The notes under the pieces: model-generated
The model's database searches: none
What the model was told of the DNA's origin: nothing
Seen by the model: the letters and a program-made list of their open reading frames with translations, nothing else
In this document: piece after piece, positions 26,724-39,740 of the stretch
Position numbering within the stretch: position 1 is the stretch's first letter
How the letters are laid out: the number at the start of each line of letters is the position of its first letter
From: Lytechinus pictus
Lineage: Eukaryota
DNA length: 64,000 nucleotides
Reading direction: 5' to 3'
Assembly (NCBI RefSeq): GCF_037042905.1
Contig: NC_087250.1
Location: forward strand, 13,766,001 to 13,830,000
Made by a program: the position numbers and the translations under genes

Positions 26724-27873
26724 ATAAACACAAGTTCACACTGGTTGACTGGAGGTTCATCAAATTTAATTATATATATATATATAGTATATATAAAGAT
26801 ATATGTTAGGAGCTAACTTAACAAAATACATGAAAATAGTAAAATTATATTTCATGCATCAAAATTTGCCCAGATGGTTTGAACTCACAACATGTACAAA
26901 TAGTTGAATGCATATTCATGTAAAGTAGCCCAGTAAAACTAACCAATTTTAAATGACCCGGTACTGGATTTAGCTCCTTTTGAAATTAAACTCAAATTTG
27001 CAATCAATTTTTACAAATCTTCCCAATTCAAATGCGATATGGTGCATTTGATATTCGGAATGTCTAAAATACATATATTTGTATCAAAAATTCAATTTTT
27101 GTCAAAACTGGATTTAGTCCCCTTTTGAATCTTCACATTGATAGTGGTCTAATTTTTAAACAGAATCCGATTATTTCAAACTGATGCGAATTGCATTTCC
27201 CCTTTTGTACCCCGGCGCGGCCCTCGCGCCTCTGCATGCTCTTATCTATAGCTAGCTCTCTGCAATTTAATCCCTCTACGTTTTCTTCCCGTCAATTGTA
27301 TTGTGGAGACCGTATACCTAGCGTTGGCCCAAGCCTGCCAAAATGGTAGGCACTTATGAACCAAGTTTGAAAGGAGACTCGTAAAATTACGTCACTCTCG
27401 CCGATGAATATTCATTAGATCGTGGTCGTGCGTGTTCAATACACACTGCGTGCAGGCATGCAGATAGTTATATGCGAGGAACTTTGGCTCCAGAGACAAG
27501 TTGTCAAATTACGTGGGTGTGTGTGCGTGATGTGTGTACCATCGGCTGGTAGTATTCCATGCTGTCTTAGGCTTCAAACGCGTCGGAGAGAGTGCATGGC
27601 AATTCGGTAAAACGAAGTTTCCTATATAAAGAGATAATAAAATAACGCTATGTACAGTACGTTATAAAGAGATAATAAAATAACACTATATGTACAGTAC
27701 GTTGAGAGGCAAATGTCAGATCAGGGGAGGCAGGAGTACAATCAGGTTTTTTTTTTAAGGGAAGAATAGTGTAGAATAAAAGGTATTATATATATATAGC
27801 CAAATGATCTAGGTGAGGGAAGTGAACAATGATGTTTTAAAAAAAAGAATGAATATACCGGCCTTACCTGAAT

Positions 27874-28670
27874 ATTATGGTGAAGCCAATTTAAAAGGAG
27901 GTGAGGCAAGTTTTAATGGAGGTTTTTAAAAAGAATAAACTGTATTATGGTGAAGCCAATTTAAAAGGAGGCGACGCAAGTTTCAATAGAGGTTTTTAAA
28001 AAGAATAAACTGTACTACAAATTATGGTGAAGCCAATTTAAAAGGAGGTGAGGCAAGTTTCAATGGAGGTTTTTAAAAAGAATAAACTGTACTACAAATT
28101 ATGGTGAAGCCAATTTAAAAGGAGGTGAGGCAAGTTTTAATGGAGGTTTTTAAAAAGAATAAACTGTATTATGGTGAAGCCAAATTAAAAGGAGGTGAGG
28201 CAAGTTTCAATGGAGGTTTTTAAAAAGAATAAACTGTACTACAAATTATGGTGAAGCCAATTTAAAAGGAGGTGAGGCAAGTTTCAATGGAGGTTTTTAA
28301 AAAGAATAAACTGTATTATGGTGAAGCCAATTTAAAAGGAGGTGAGGCAAGTTTCAATGGAGGTTTTTAAAAAGAATAAACTGTATATGGTGAAGCCAAT
28401 TTAAAAGGAGGTGAGGCAAGTTTCAATGGAGGTTTATAAAAAGAATAAACTGTACTACAAATTATGGTGAAGCCAATTTAAAAGGAGGTGAGGCAAGCCT
28501 CGATCAATGGAGGTTTTTAAAAAGAATAAACTGTATTATGGTGAAGCCAATTTAAAAGGAGGCGAGGCAAGTTTCAATGGAGGTTTTTAAAAAGAATAAA
28601 CTGTACTACAAATTATGAAGCCAATTTAAAAGGAGGTGAGACAAGTTTCAATGGAGGTTTTTAAAAAGAA
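27874..28670 (+). repeat. 70/77-bp tandem array, left arm (11 units)
   Basis: ATTATGGTGAAGCCAATTTAAAAGGAGGTGAGGCAAGTTTCAATGGAGGTTTTTAAAAAGAATAAACTGT(ACTACAA) units starting at 27874, 27944, 28021 ... 28612. Confidence 0.95.
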
Positions 28671-31539
28671 CTATTTTATGCAAGATTATATGACCTTTGT
28701 GTTTTATTCAGTATTTTTAGACTGTCTCATATCATTTTGAACATAATTTGCGACCATTTTTGCTGCCCACTCAACATTCTTTGTAGATGTTTGTGCAAAA
28801 ACTTGATTAGAATGCATGCCGTTATCACACAGTACTTGCTAACTTTTATTATCTTTTATCATGATCCTAGGCCTGCCAGTACTGAAAATAAACGTATTTT
28901 AAACTGTATTATAGCGTATATTTTTATTTACTCAAGCTGCAGTTGCTTTCCATGATCATGAATTGGTTTTATAATACTTGCTGTTAACTAATGTAATTGT
29001 CACTTGTTTTTTCTAACAGCGAGAATATATTGCTATATGTGTCCAGCCACCCCAATACCAACAATAAATACATTGATTTAAAGATTCTCATTGATCTTGA
29101 GCGATCACATCCTAAGCTGTAAAATGATTTATCTTGTTAATATTGATCAATAATGTCCCTCGCTAGTACTTCATTGAATGCAGAAGAAGTTTGGTGAGGG
29201 CTTCAACAAATAAGAGAACAAGATTTGGGGTTCACTTAAGCATGCGATGTGTAATATGTAGTTCAACTACTTAGCAGTGAGCAAAACACGGATATCAAAG
29301 TTTTGTATTTTGTCTTGAACTTTTACAACCTCACATTTTGACAGTATGAAGAATTTTTTTTTTTTTCGGATAAACCAATATTCTAAATATGCGTTTGGAA
29401 AACTGAATTACTATTTTGGTTATTTTCTACGAACCTTCCCTGGCAACTTATTGTTGATATTTGGGTGGCTGGCCACATTTGTTTTGAGAAAAAATATCAA
29501 AGAGTATATGAAAAAAATATTTATGTAAAAAAGCTTGCCTATATAGCTGTTGGTATTTTCTTCTATTGTACTTTGTCATGTAACTCTGGTAGATTTCATT
29601 TCGTTACACAAAATGGGGTTCAGTATTCAGAAAAACCATTAACCTTGCCTCAACCACAACAGTACTTGCCAAACTGGATAAATCAACATTATATCAAGCT
29701 GTGTAGAAGAACTTAATGATCATGTAGATACCATTAAGTGCATACATATGTAATGTCTTTCAAGCTGTATGACAAAAATATTCTTTTCCATCCAACATCA
29801 GCTTCTACTATTTTTTAAGGTTAGTTTTTATTGTCATGTTGGCAAATTGTGAAATAGTTCATGTTGAAATATGTTGTATTACCTGTCATGCATTTGTAAT
29901 GTTATTTTTTTTAAATATATTCTGTCATCATTTTCAGTACATAAAAGTTTATTCAATGTATGACTTTACCAAAGTTGGCTATAAGCACAGTGGGTACCAA
30001 CTATCACTGAAGACAACACAACAATTACTCAAAATATATGCATAGCCTTATGAATGTACAAGTCAATAAAATCTACTATGACTACATAGCTTTTTTTTGT
30101 GCAACACAGTCATATTTCATTTGGATCAATTCAAAATTGAGTGGTGTTTTGGGGGTAATGCTATGGTAACTGCAGTTCTGTTGTCCTCTGACAGTTGGTG
30201 TTGTAAGGATGTGATTGGCAGTGTGTGGACGTCATGTTATAAGAGAAAAAAGAAAGTTAAAGTGAGAGTGTTGGCTTTGAAATGGACTCAACCTATGAAA
30301 GTTAAAGTTTGTGCTGCAGAAACTGGTGTGGTAGTGGGATGATAATGATGATGAGGAACAGGGCCGGTATTCAATGCTACTCTTAAAGCCACAATTTCAA
30401 GTATATTTTACTCAGTATTTTGCAAAAGTAAAATACTTATCCATCTTTGGTATTCAATTGCATTTTTTTTTTGGCTAAATATTTTGCTTAAATGTAAGTC
30501 AGCCATCTACTAGACTTAAGTCTACATATACAAAAATGATACGCACAGAAATACATTCACACATTTGGCACTATTTGGCTCAAAATTTATAACATCACAA
30601 TGGGTATTAGTATTTAGTTCAATTTGGATAAGGTAAATTCTGAGATCTGATCTGCATACAAGTTTAAGCATTTTGATAAGCCAGCCAAATTGCTAAGTAA
30701 AATACTTACAAAATCAAAACTTAGAATTTAATAGGCGGCCGAGGTATTATTTTCTTCCAGAGGACATGTACAGATTTCTTGTTGACGAAGGATGACATTC
30801 TGATGATTATTTTGCAAAACATGGCTTATTAAAAAATATATTATGTATATTCCATTTCAGTGACAATTGCATTTTTGGGGAGGGGATATTACGTATTTGG
30901 GAATGGAAAAGTTCAAAATTAATGCAAACTTAACCTATTTACGCAGGGGGGGGGGGGCTCTGAGCTCTGCGATTTAAATAAAAAAGTCTTTTGCATGTTT
31001 TGAGACCAGTTTTGCGAAGCCCGGGTACTGGGTTCTGAAAATTACCAAACAATTTGTAAGTGCATATCAGACAAAAATGGCTCAAAATTGTGATATTTGT
31101 GTACCACGTCAATGGAATATGCGTTTTCAACCAAAATTCATGAATGCCTAATTGTTTTTAGTTTTGTTGAACTAAACTGATTTATTTTATGCTGTTACGA
31201 GAGTCCGAGCATCGTTGAAAAAAAACAATGCAATACAAAGGTAAAAACACAAGAAATACATTATCGAAGAACACCACAAAGAGTTTCTAAACCAAAAATT
31301 AGAACATTTGGAGCTTTATTTAGGGAGTTAGAGGAATAGGTATAGTATATTAATTATGCACAAATGAGCATAATCAATTAATAGCAATTTGCATGAAATA
31401 AATAACTACACAATTTTGTGGATTATTAAAAGCAATTGCGATCTTTTTCTTCACTATTCATTGTTTTTAGAAACCTCATTGTAGACTTGCCTCATGCACC
31501 TCTCAAGATGGCTTCATCATTTGAATTATATTCTTTTAA

Positions 31540-33040
31540 ACTGGCTTCACCATAATACAGTTTATTCTTTTTTAAAACCTCCATTGAAACTTGCCTCACC
31601 TCCTTTTAAATTGGCTTCACCATAATTTGTGGTACAGTTTATTATTTTAAAAACCTCCATTGAAACTTGCCTCGCCTCCTTTTAAATTGCCTTCACCATA
31701 ACTTGTAATACAGTTTATTCTTTTCAAAAACCTCCATTGAAACTTGCCTCACCTCCTTTTAAATTGGCTTCACCATTTGTAGTACAGGTTATTCTATTTA
31801 TAAACCTCCATTGAAACTTGCCTCACCTCCTTTTAAATTTGTAGTACAGTTTTTTTTTTAAAACCTCCATTGAAACTTGCCTCACCTCCTTTTGAATTGG
31901 CTTCACCAAAACAGTTTATTCTTTTCAAAAACCTCCATTGAGGCTTGCCTCACCTCCTTTTAAATTGGCTTCACCATAACTTGTAATACAGTTTATTCTT
32001 TTTAAAAACCTCCATTGAAACTTGCCTCACCTCCTTTCAAATTTGTAGTACAGTTTATTCTTTTTAAAAACCTCTATTGAAACTTGCGTCGCCTCCTTTT
32101 AAATTGGCTTCACCATAATACAGTTTATTATTTTTAAAAACCTCCATTAAAACTTGCCTCACCTCCTTTTAAATTGGCTTCACCATAATTTGTAGTACAG
32201 TTTATTCTTTTTAAAAACCTCCATTGAAACTTGCCTCACCTCCTTTTAAATTGGCTTCACCATAATTCTTATTCTTTTTAAAAACCTCCATTGAAACTTG
32301 ATCACCTCCTTTTAAATTGGCTTCACCATAATACAGTTTATTCTTTTTTAAAACCTCCATTGAAACTTGCCTCACCTCCTTTTAAATTGGCTATTTGTGG
32401 TACAGTTTATTCTTTTAAAAACCTCCATTGAAACTTGCCTCGCCTCCTTTTAAATTGCCTTCACCATAACTTGTAATACAGTTTATTCTTTTCAAAAACC
32501 TCCATTGAAACTTGCCTCACCTCCTTTTAAATTGGCTTCACCAATTGTAGTACTAGTACAGGTTATTCTATTTATAAACCTCCATTGAAACTTGCCTCAC
32601 CTCCTTTTAAATTTGTAGTACAGTTTTTTTTTTTAAAACCTCCATTGAAACTTGCCTCACCTCCTTTTGAATTGGCTTCACCAAAACAGTTTATTCTTTT
32701 CAAAAACCTCCATTGAGGCTTGCCTCACCTCCTTTTAAATTGGCTTCACCATAACTTGTAATACAGTTTATTCTTTTTAAAAACCTCCATTGAAACTTGC
32801 CTCACCTCCTTTCAAATTTGTAGTACAGTTTATTCTTTTTAAAAACCTCCATTGAAACTTGCCTCACCTCCTTTTAAATTGGCTTCACCATAATACAGTT
32901 TATTCTTTTTAAAAACCTCCATTAAAACTTGCCTCACCTCCTTTTAAATTGGCTTCACCATAATACAGTTTATTCTTTTTTAAAACCTCCATTGAAACTT
33001 GTCTCACGTCCTCCTAATTAAATTGGCTTCACCATAATAT
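31540..33040 (-). repeat. Same tandem array, inverted, right arm (about 20 or more units)
   Basis: Reverse complement of the left-arm unit, with additional deletion variants. Confidence 0.95.
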
Positions 33041-33525
33041 TCAGGTAAGGTATTCATTCTTTTTTAAAAAAACATCATTATATTGTTCACTTCCCTCACC
33101 TAGATCATGGCTATATATAATACCGTTTATTCTACACTATTCTTCCCTTTAAAAAAACCTGATTGTACTCCTGCCTCCCCTGATCTGACATTTGCCTCTC
33201 AACGTACTGTACATAGTGTTATTTTATTATCTCTTTATATCGGAAACTTCGTTTTACCGAATTGCCATGCACTCTCTCCGACGCGTTTGAAGTCTTAGAC
33301 AGCATGGAATACTACCAGCCGATGGTACACACACGCACACACACACACGTTATTTGACAACTTGTCTCTGGAGCCAAAGTTCCTCGCATATAACTATCTG
33401 CATGCCTGCACGCAGTGTGTATTGAACACGCACGACCACGATCTAATGAATATTCATCGGCGAGAGTGACGTCATTTTACGAGTCTCCTTTCAAACTTGG
33501 ATCATAAGTGCCTACCTGCCAAAAT

Positions 33526-33590
33526 AGACGACAGCCTTGTCCTTGATAATATTCAGAATTTCACCTTGGGCTTGGTTGAGAATCGTAAAA
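33526..33590 (+). other. Putative 3' part of the non-coding first exon of the KRAB-ZNF gene
   Basis: Donor AAA|GTGAGT at 33591, followed by CpG-rich sequence (33700-33960). The KRAB exon has an acceptor at 35020 that needs an upstream exon. Confidence 0.35.
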
Positions 33591-33730
33591 GTGAGTTGCA
33601 GAATCATTCAAACCCCCTTTCACAACTGTGTTACTTTTGACCCTTTTTTTACGATACCGGTAAAATTACTTCAGTAGAGATCGGCCTTACAACAAGTTAC
33701 ACTTACTCAAGTTACTGACTTAGCCTGGAG

Positions 33731-33783
33731 TAACCCAGAGAGCTCCCGCCCGCCCGCGCAGCGGGCGGGAGCTCTCTGGGTTA
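33731..33783. mobile_element. 53-bp perfect palindrome flanked by a 9-bp direct repeat (micro-MITE)
   Basis: 23-bp perfect arms TAACCCAGAGAGCTCCCGCCCGC, 7-nt loop, AGCCTGGAG at 33722-33730 and 33784-33792. Confidence 0.65.
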
Positions 33784-35044
33784 AGCCTGGAGCAGTGGAG
33801 GCTTCTGCCAGTTCTGGGGAGCACTTTGCCCCGGGGACCAGTCCGCGACACGACGTCTTTAGACAGTGTTCGGGCTGCCGCAGTAAGGGAGCACTCATCC
33901 TACGAACGAGGAGTAAAGTCATCTACTCTACGTAGGCTTACTCCCCATGAAGCCTGGGACACTAAGGCCCTTACTTAGGGCCAAGGCATAACTTGTAATG
34001 TTACTAAAAGTCTAAATACTAGTCATGCACGTACGGCCACAAAACCTGAAACTTTCGGCTTTCGCCCCCGAGATTTCTACTTTCCCTCTAAAAAAGATCT
34101 AAGTTAGGCCTAGCCCTAATTTCCTAAATCATGTATCATGTACGGTACATGGCCATGGGGTTCAACTTCATTTCCGAAATTTCTGCGATATCGATTTCAT
34201 TTTTAAAGAAGAATTCATTAAATAATAAAAAAACGATAAAAATGTTATGAAAAGATGGGAAGAGCTTACGTTACGGCTGTGTTTACGTCACCATCTTGAT
34301 TTCTTTGTCTTCCGCTTGGCGACAGCACGCAAACCGCGCCGTTTGCATGCAAAATATGTTTTTTCGATTTAGAATTTTAATTAGATGCGCCACTTTTTTC
34401 CCCAAAAAGTAATAAGATGTTAGGTGGTCCATGTCCCACCTATGACTAAATCTCAGAAGTTTTGTTATTATTTTCTATGAGTTTGTAATTGCCCCATTTT
34501 ACCAATTATGCAAATTAGGTGCCCCAAATTAGCATAAATATGCATATCATTTAAGTATAAAGTTAAAGAAAGTCTATAATTAGCCCTCTGCCACATGAAT
34601 AAAAAGGGCCTTTTATTTACTTTCATAAAGATCTAAATCAAGACAGTTGAACTTAGTCACCTCTACTCTAGCTCTCTAAGTCTCTTATCGTATGTGTTGG
34701 TGTGTGTGCACTCATTGTGAACAATTATAATGGGAGTTGATGAAATAAACGGCAGTGAATGGACTGGTGACTTAACCAGGATAATGCGACATAAAAAGTA
34801 TGAGAATCAGAATGCCCATAAGTTTTTGCTGTGAAAACTGAAAGACAGGAAAAAAAACAGAATCCATTCCAGTCACCAGTCTGCATTCGTTAAATCTAAC
34901 ATTAGATCTTTAAGTATAACGTTATTCAAACGTGATTAATGTTAGACTTTAGAGTCGAGAACTTGTGTTTCCCGTTAGATAATTTGTGTCTTTTTAAAAA
35001 ATTCTTTTCCTCATCCTCAGGAGCCTGAAAATAGTAGAGTCACC

Positions 35045-35186
35045 ATGAGTCTGCCAAAGGCAAAGGTGGATAGTTATTCAGATATCCAGGTTCATTTCAC
35101 AGCCAAGGATTGGGCAAAGATCAGCAATTATGAAAGAATTTGTATCAAGAACATCAAAGAAAACTATGAGATGATGAGAGAAGTTG
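35045..35186 (+). CDS. Gene 1 coding exon 1: ancestral (PRDM9/SSX-type) KRAB-A box
   Basis: Acceptor TTTTCCTCATCCTCAG| at 35020, CACCATG start, MSLPKAKVDSYSDIQVHFTAKDWAKISNYERICIKNIKENYEMMREV-G|GTAAGT. Matches the PRDM9 pattern F.DI..YF...EW..M...EK..Y.NVK.NY..L..LG, with a phase-1 donor at the Gly. Confidence 0.85.
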
Positions 35187-35382
35187 GTAAGTACATTTAT
35201 CCAGGGCCCCATAACACACAAAGATTAGCATTTAATCGCTAAATGAAATGGTCTATCAGGACCATAGTTCCATGTGCCTTTTGCTCGGTAGACTGACTTG
35301 GCACCAATCGGAATTGTTCTTAGCAATTAATCGCTAACTTTTGTGTTACGGGGCATAGACTGTTTATGCTCTTAATGTACAT

Positions 35383-35960
35383 GATGGGGTGACCATAATT
35401 TGCGCACATTTTAAAAATTATCATGAAGTTGACTTTCAATAAAAAATTCTCACAGCTCACACAAAATTAATCAAAATCATGAATACCAAACGGAAGGCAA
35501 GATCCCGAAGTCAAATTCGCTTGATGGAATTATAAAGTAGGTCAAGGCTTTTGCTGGTATCGCCATCTCAAAATTCCATGGCAATCGACTAGTGCGCACT
35601 CGGCTGAAAAAGTGTGACCTTAATTTGTGCACGATCGTTTTGCAAGGCTTTAGAAAAGAAATCAAGCAAAATAAGATAATTATATCAGATGGAGGTTAAA
35701 ATGCCATAAATTCGGTTGGTACCATATTTTACTTAACGGTACATATTTGGAGACCTCTGCTTGCCAACTGGCGATTTCTTAATGCTGGTCAAGAAGATTA
35801 GATTTTCTCGGAGCTGACGCAAAAGGTAACAAAATTTGCAGATGTTTCGCCAAGAGACCTTACCTTAAAAAATAATTACCATGCTGAGTAATTTTAAGTC
35901 ACTCTTTCTGTTTTTCAAGATATTGAGATATTTGACCGTGCACAAAATTAGTTAACACGC
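35383..35960. mobile_element. MITE-like element in intron 1
   Basis: GACCATAATTTGCGCAC ... GTGCACAAAATTAGTTAAC imperfect inverted ends. Confidence 0.4.
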
Positions 35961-36082
35961 GAATTAAGGTTACACTACCATACCTGTTATCCAATCCATG
36001 AAGTTAAAAGGCATTGATTGCCTAAAACAGTCCTTCACGTTTATAATTTCGTGGAGCTCAATAAATCGCTCTCTTTATTTAA

Positions 36083-36167
36083 ACTCGGTAAATATTGTAG
36101 TCCCATATGTAGATTTTCATGGCAACACCATGGAAGTCTACATGTGGGACTATAATATTTACCGAGT
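36083..36167 (+). other. Intronic 40-bp-stem hairpin
   Basis: Arms 36083-36122 and 36128-36167, loop CAACA. Four mismatches, all G-U compatible on the + strand. Confidence 0.6.
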
Positions 36168-39100
36168 GTAAGTTCAAATCAGAGTTGGGAAAGAGGTGAA
36201 TATTCTTCATTTTTGTGATAGTTTTCAACTAAATCAAAATAATTTCAAGGAATTATGGAAAAAAGATGGCCATTTCATGGATTTAAAGATTAAAAAAATT
36301 ATTTTTAGGAGCGCGGTAGGAGCGCCGGCGCGATCGCGCTCCTCAAAAATGAAGGCCTGCTAAAATCAAATTTTTCAAGTTCATTGCTCCAGAAAAGTAC
36401 TGATCTGAAATGGGTTTGAACAGAATCTGATAACGTGAGTGTTCGTATGTAAAAAAAATATGTAGAAAATGTGTAATTGCTGACAAATGTACAAAACAGG
36501 GATAGCATTCCAGCCAGGTATCGGATGATTGTCGAAGCAATAAAAATACACTTTAATAATAATAATAACGGTTATTTATATGCGCTATACACAAAAAGTA
36601 TCACAGCGCTTACAATTGTCAGAAGTAAAAAATAAATATAAATCTTAAGTAAAAAAAAAGTATAGAATTGTATACATTAAATTGCATCAACTATTGGTGT
36701 TCTAAACTGCGCCAGATGAGGCCTTGTGGCACTTTCCCACTTGTTCCTATCTGTGTTGGTAATCCTAAGTGTATTCATTTAAGCTTGGATATATTTCATT
36801 ATTTGTAACATTCGAATCAGATCTCTATCTATGATTGTTTGATGATAACCTTGATTTTAAACATGCTGGAGAAATAAGCTCACATATTGTTATTTATAAA
36901 AAATCCTTCATCTTGTTTTTGTTTGAATTTTGGGACTTCATTTAGTGACAGATGAACTTAAGGGTTGTTGACTATCAGAGTACCAAATAGGTGTTTCATA
37001 TGGGCTCCAATTTTGTTCATTTATTGAAGGAAACTTGAGGAGATTTTACCCAGGCATGAGGACCATTTCATAAAACTTGTTATAATAACAAATTTGCAGT
37101 TAAAAGCTGCTGAAATCCTTCATTCTGATTGGTTGATAGTAAATTTGTTATAGAAATTCAAAATTAAATAGTATAACAGGTCTGTATGAAACGGGACCCA
37201 AAGCACAACAATCTAGTGCCCATTGACAGCGTTCAACAGATTCGGCAATTTGGATTGTGAGACTGCTGATTGGTTCATCGCGCAGACAACCTCATTGTCA
37301 TGTGATCACCAAAATAAACTGTTTGAAAGGTAAACAAATCTATCGATATCGACAACGGTACCTGGCCAACTTTTTTACTACGAAATGGTCTTGGCTCGTG
37401 ATCAGATTGACCAAGTATCATCGAAAATTATCAGATTCTGCAATTTCATGCATATGAATGTGTCGCTCCAAAATTCCATTCTGAATTGACTGTGTACATG
37501 TTGCGATAGATTCAAACAATACTAATCAAGACAGTGGGACATTGGCGCTATTTTATGTGATTTTGACAGAAAAGCAAGAAGTAACTAGATTTTAATTCGT
37601 CATGCGGACGAATTAGGTGGTCTGTCATGATTTTTCATTCATTGTCGGCTAATGTTGTATAAAATGAATCCCGGGAATGAATCATTCAGATATGATTGAT
37701 AATCTTGATCATAGACATCAAAGGAATAAATTTTGACCATTGCTAAATGTGATTATAAATGTAGTGATGACAATCGTGATGATAATGCAATATGTTAAAT
37801 ACGAAATAAAGTTAGGAGCACGTAAAATGCCGGCTTAAAAACTCTCCAAAAATCTCAGACGATTTTACCGAAATTGGCTTTCCAAAATTGCGCAATGAAA
37901 GGCGCCTTAATTTTCACAGCAGCTAATTTTTAATCGACAGTTTGATGTTTTTTATGCAAATTCTTGTTAAAAATTCTTTGTACTTTGAGCATTTTTTTTT
38001 TAATTTCACCCACTGACATTTCACAATGTCAGTGGGTATTAATTTCACAGAATACTTGAAAATTCATAGGTGATACTTTTTAAAAGCTAAAATATCTTAA
38101 ATATTTTTGTTCAAATTTTCTGCTACATTTCAATAGATTTTAATGAGAAGTTTCATAATGCTATAATTTCACAGCATTCACCTCAAAACTCATGAGTGAT
38201 GTATTTGATAAAAGAACCAGATTTTTTTGTAAATGTTTGCCAAATTTCTGAAAATTTTTAAACATTTCAAATAATATTTTCCGTCAAAAATTTTCAATAT
38301 CCATTTATTAATTGTGTATGACTTTGACATTTACTTGAAAATTCTTTCTTGATGATTTTTACTGAAAAAAAGTCAGGTAAAAGATTCAAATACTGGCAAT
38401 TTTCCCGCAAAATTTCGGGAACATGTGTAATTAACTAAATTGCACAATTTTTTCATTTCACAGAAGGTACCTGAAAATTTGTTATATGTTATATTAAGTA
38501 AAAATGAACAAACAGAAAAAAATCCAGGAATTTCCGCAAAATGTCCGGAATGAAAATTTTCAACCCAATAGCGTTTAAATATTGCAGCGTTTACTAAAAA
38601 ATACATAAATGATGTTTTACAATGTTAAAATTGCCCCTTAAAAAGTTCCGGCAAAATTACAAAAATTGTCCTACATAAAAAAATGCAAGGCAAGTGGGCT
38701 TGAAATTTTCAGGAAGACTGTACAATTGGTTAATAAAACATTTCTCTAAAGAATTTCTCAAAAATTACGTCCAGAAAAAATTTGCAAAAATTTAAACACA
38801 TCATAACACATTGATGCTGTGGTCAAAAGTCAAAATTATTCCACGTTATTTGTAGAGAATTGTCTTCACTATACGATATCAAAATTTGGAAGAAAACTGA
38901 CCAGTAAAAACGAAGATACGGTCAAGTCATTGACGTTTGTTGCGGAAATATGTAATTTTCACTAATAACTTAAAATTGACGTAATTACAAAATCTCCAAA
39001 TGAAATATTGAATATATAAAAGAGTGAGAAAAAATTTGGGGTCAACGGACTCCCTGAAGAGCTACAGTGAATTTTATATAGGCATATTTTAGCCCATTTA

Positions 39101-39740
39101 CGCGCGCGTAATGCAAATTTGAATGGACGCGCATTCCCGTATTATTGGTCGTAAGAGGCTGAATGAGGTATCAAATTAATCAGAAGATAATGAACAATGG
39201 AAAGACATGAAAGAAATGATGACTCGAAGATGCATAACGATGGTAGGTGCAAGAACGCGCACGCATACCTGTGCGCGCGCAAATTCTTGACATGCTCAAA
39301 ATGACCAGAAACGTACCCAAACTTGACCACGGTCGATTTGGGGAAATTTAAAATTTTGACGCGCGCGTACGTGCGCGTCGTGACCTTTGCATGACCTCTG
39401 ATGATATGTCCTGATGACCTGTCACCTGAACTTGATATGATGCAAATATGGATGATTTTTGATGATTAGTTGCGATGATATGATCAATCATTTAATTTTA
39501 CAAAATGGCGCCTAGATGACGTCATCATGATTTGATAACCTTGAAAAGTTTCCATTCCCATGTCCATAATGATGCCCATACATGACATGAAAATCAAGGA
39601 AATTGACATGCCCGATTTTGAGATAGAGGTGGACAAAGATTTGGCAATAAAAATAAAGAAAATTCTGACGAATATAATAGGTGATCTGTCATCTTAATGA
39701 CAGACCACCTAAAAAGGACCAAAAAAAAAAAAAAAAAAAA

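Larger units (their letters stand above)
27345..33516. mobile_element. Foldback-type (MULE/FB-like) element, 6172 bp, with very long modular TIRs
   Basis: GGTAGGCACTTATG ... CATAAGTGCCTACC termini, 9-bp TSD TGCCAAAAT (27336-27344 / 33517-33525). About 500-bp unique outer arms plus inverted arrays of 70/77-bp units. Confidence 0.92.

Noticed and set aside
27874..28670. CRISPR-like appearance of the 70/77-bp array (and of the 35-bp array at 25611-25810)
   Set aside because: There are no unique spacers and no cas genes, and the context is eukaryotic. These are simple tandem repeats inside transposons
28670..31540. Transposase gene in the foldback core
   Set aside because: No long ORF or DDE-like motif. 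The core is AT-rich sequence with MITE fragments
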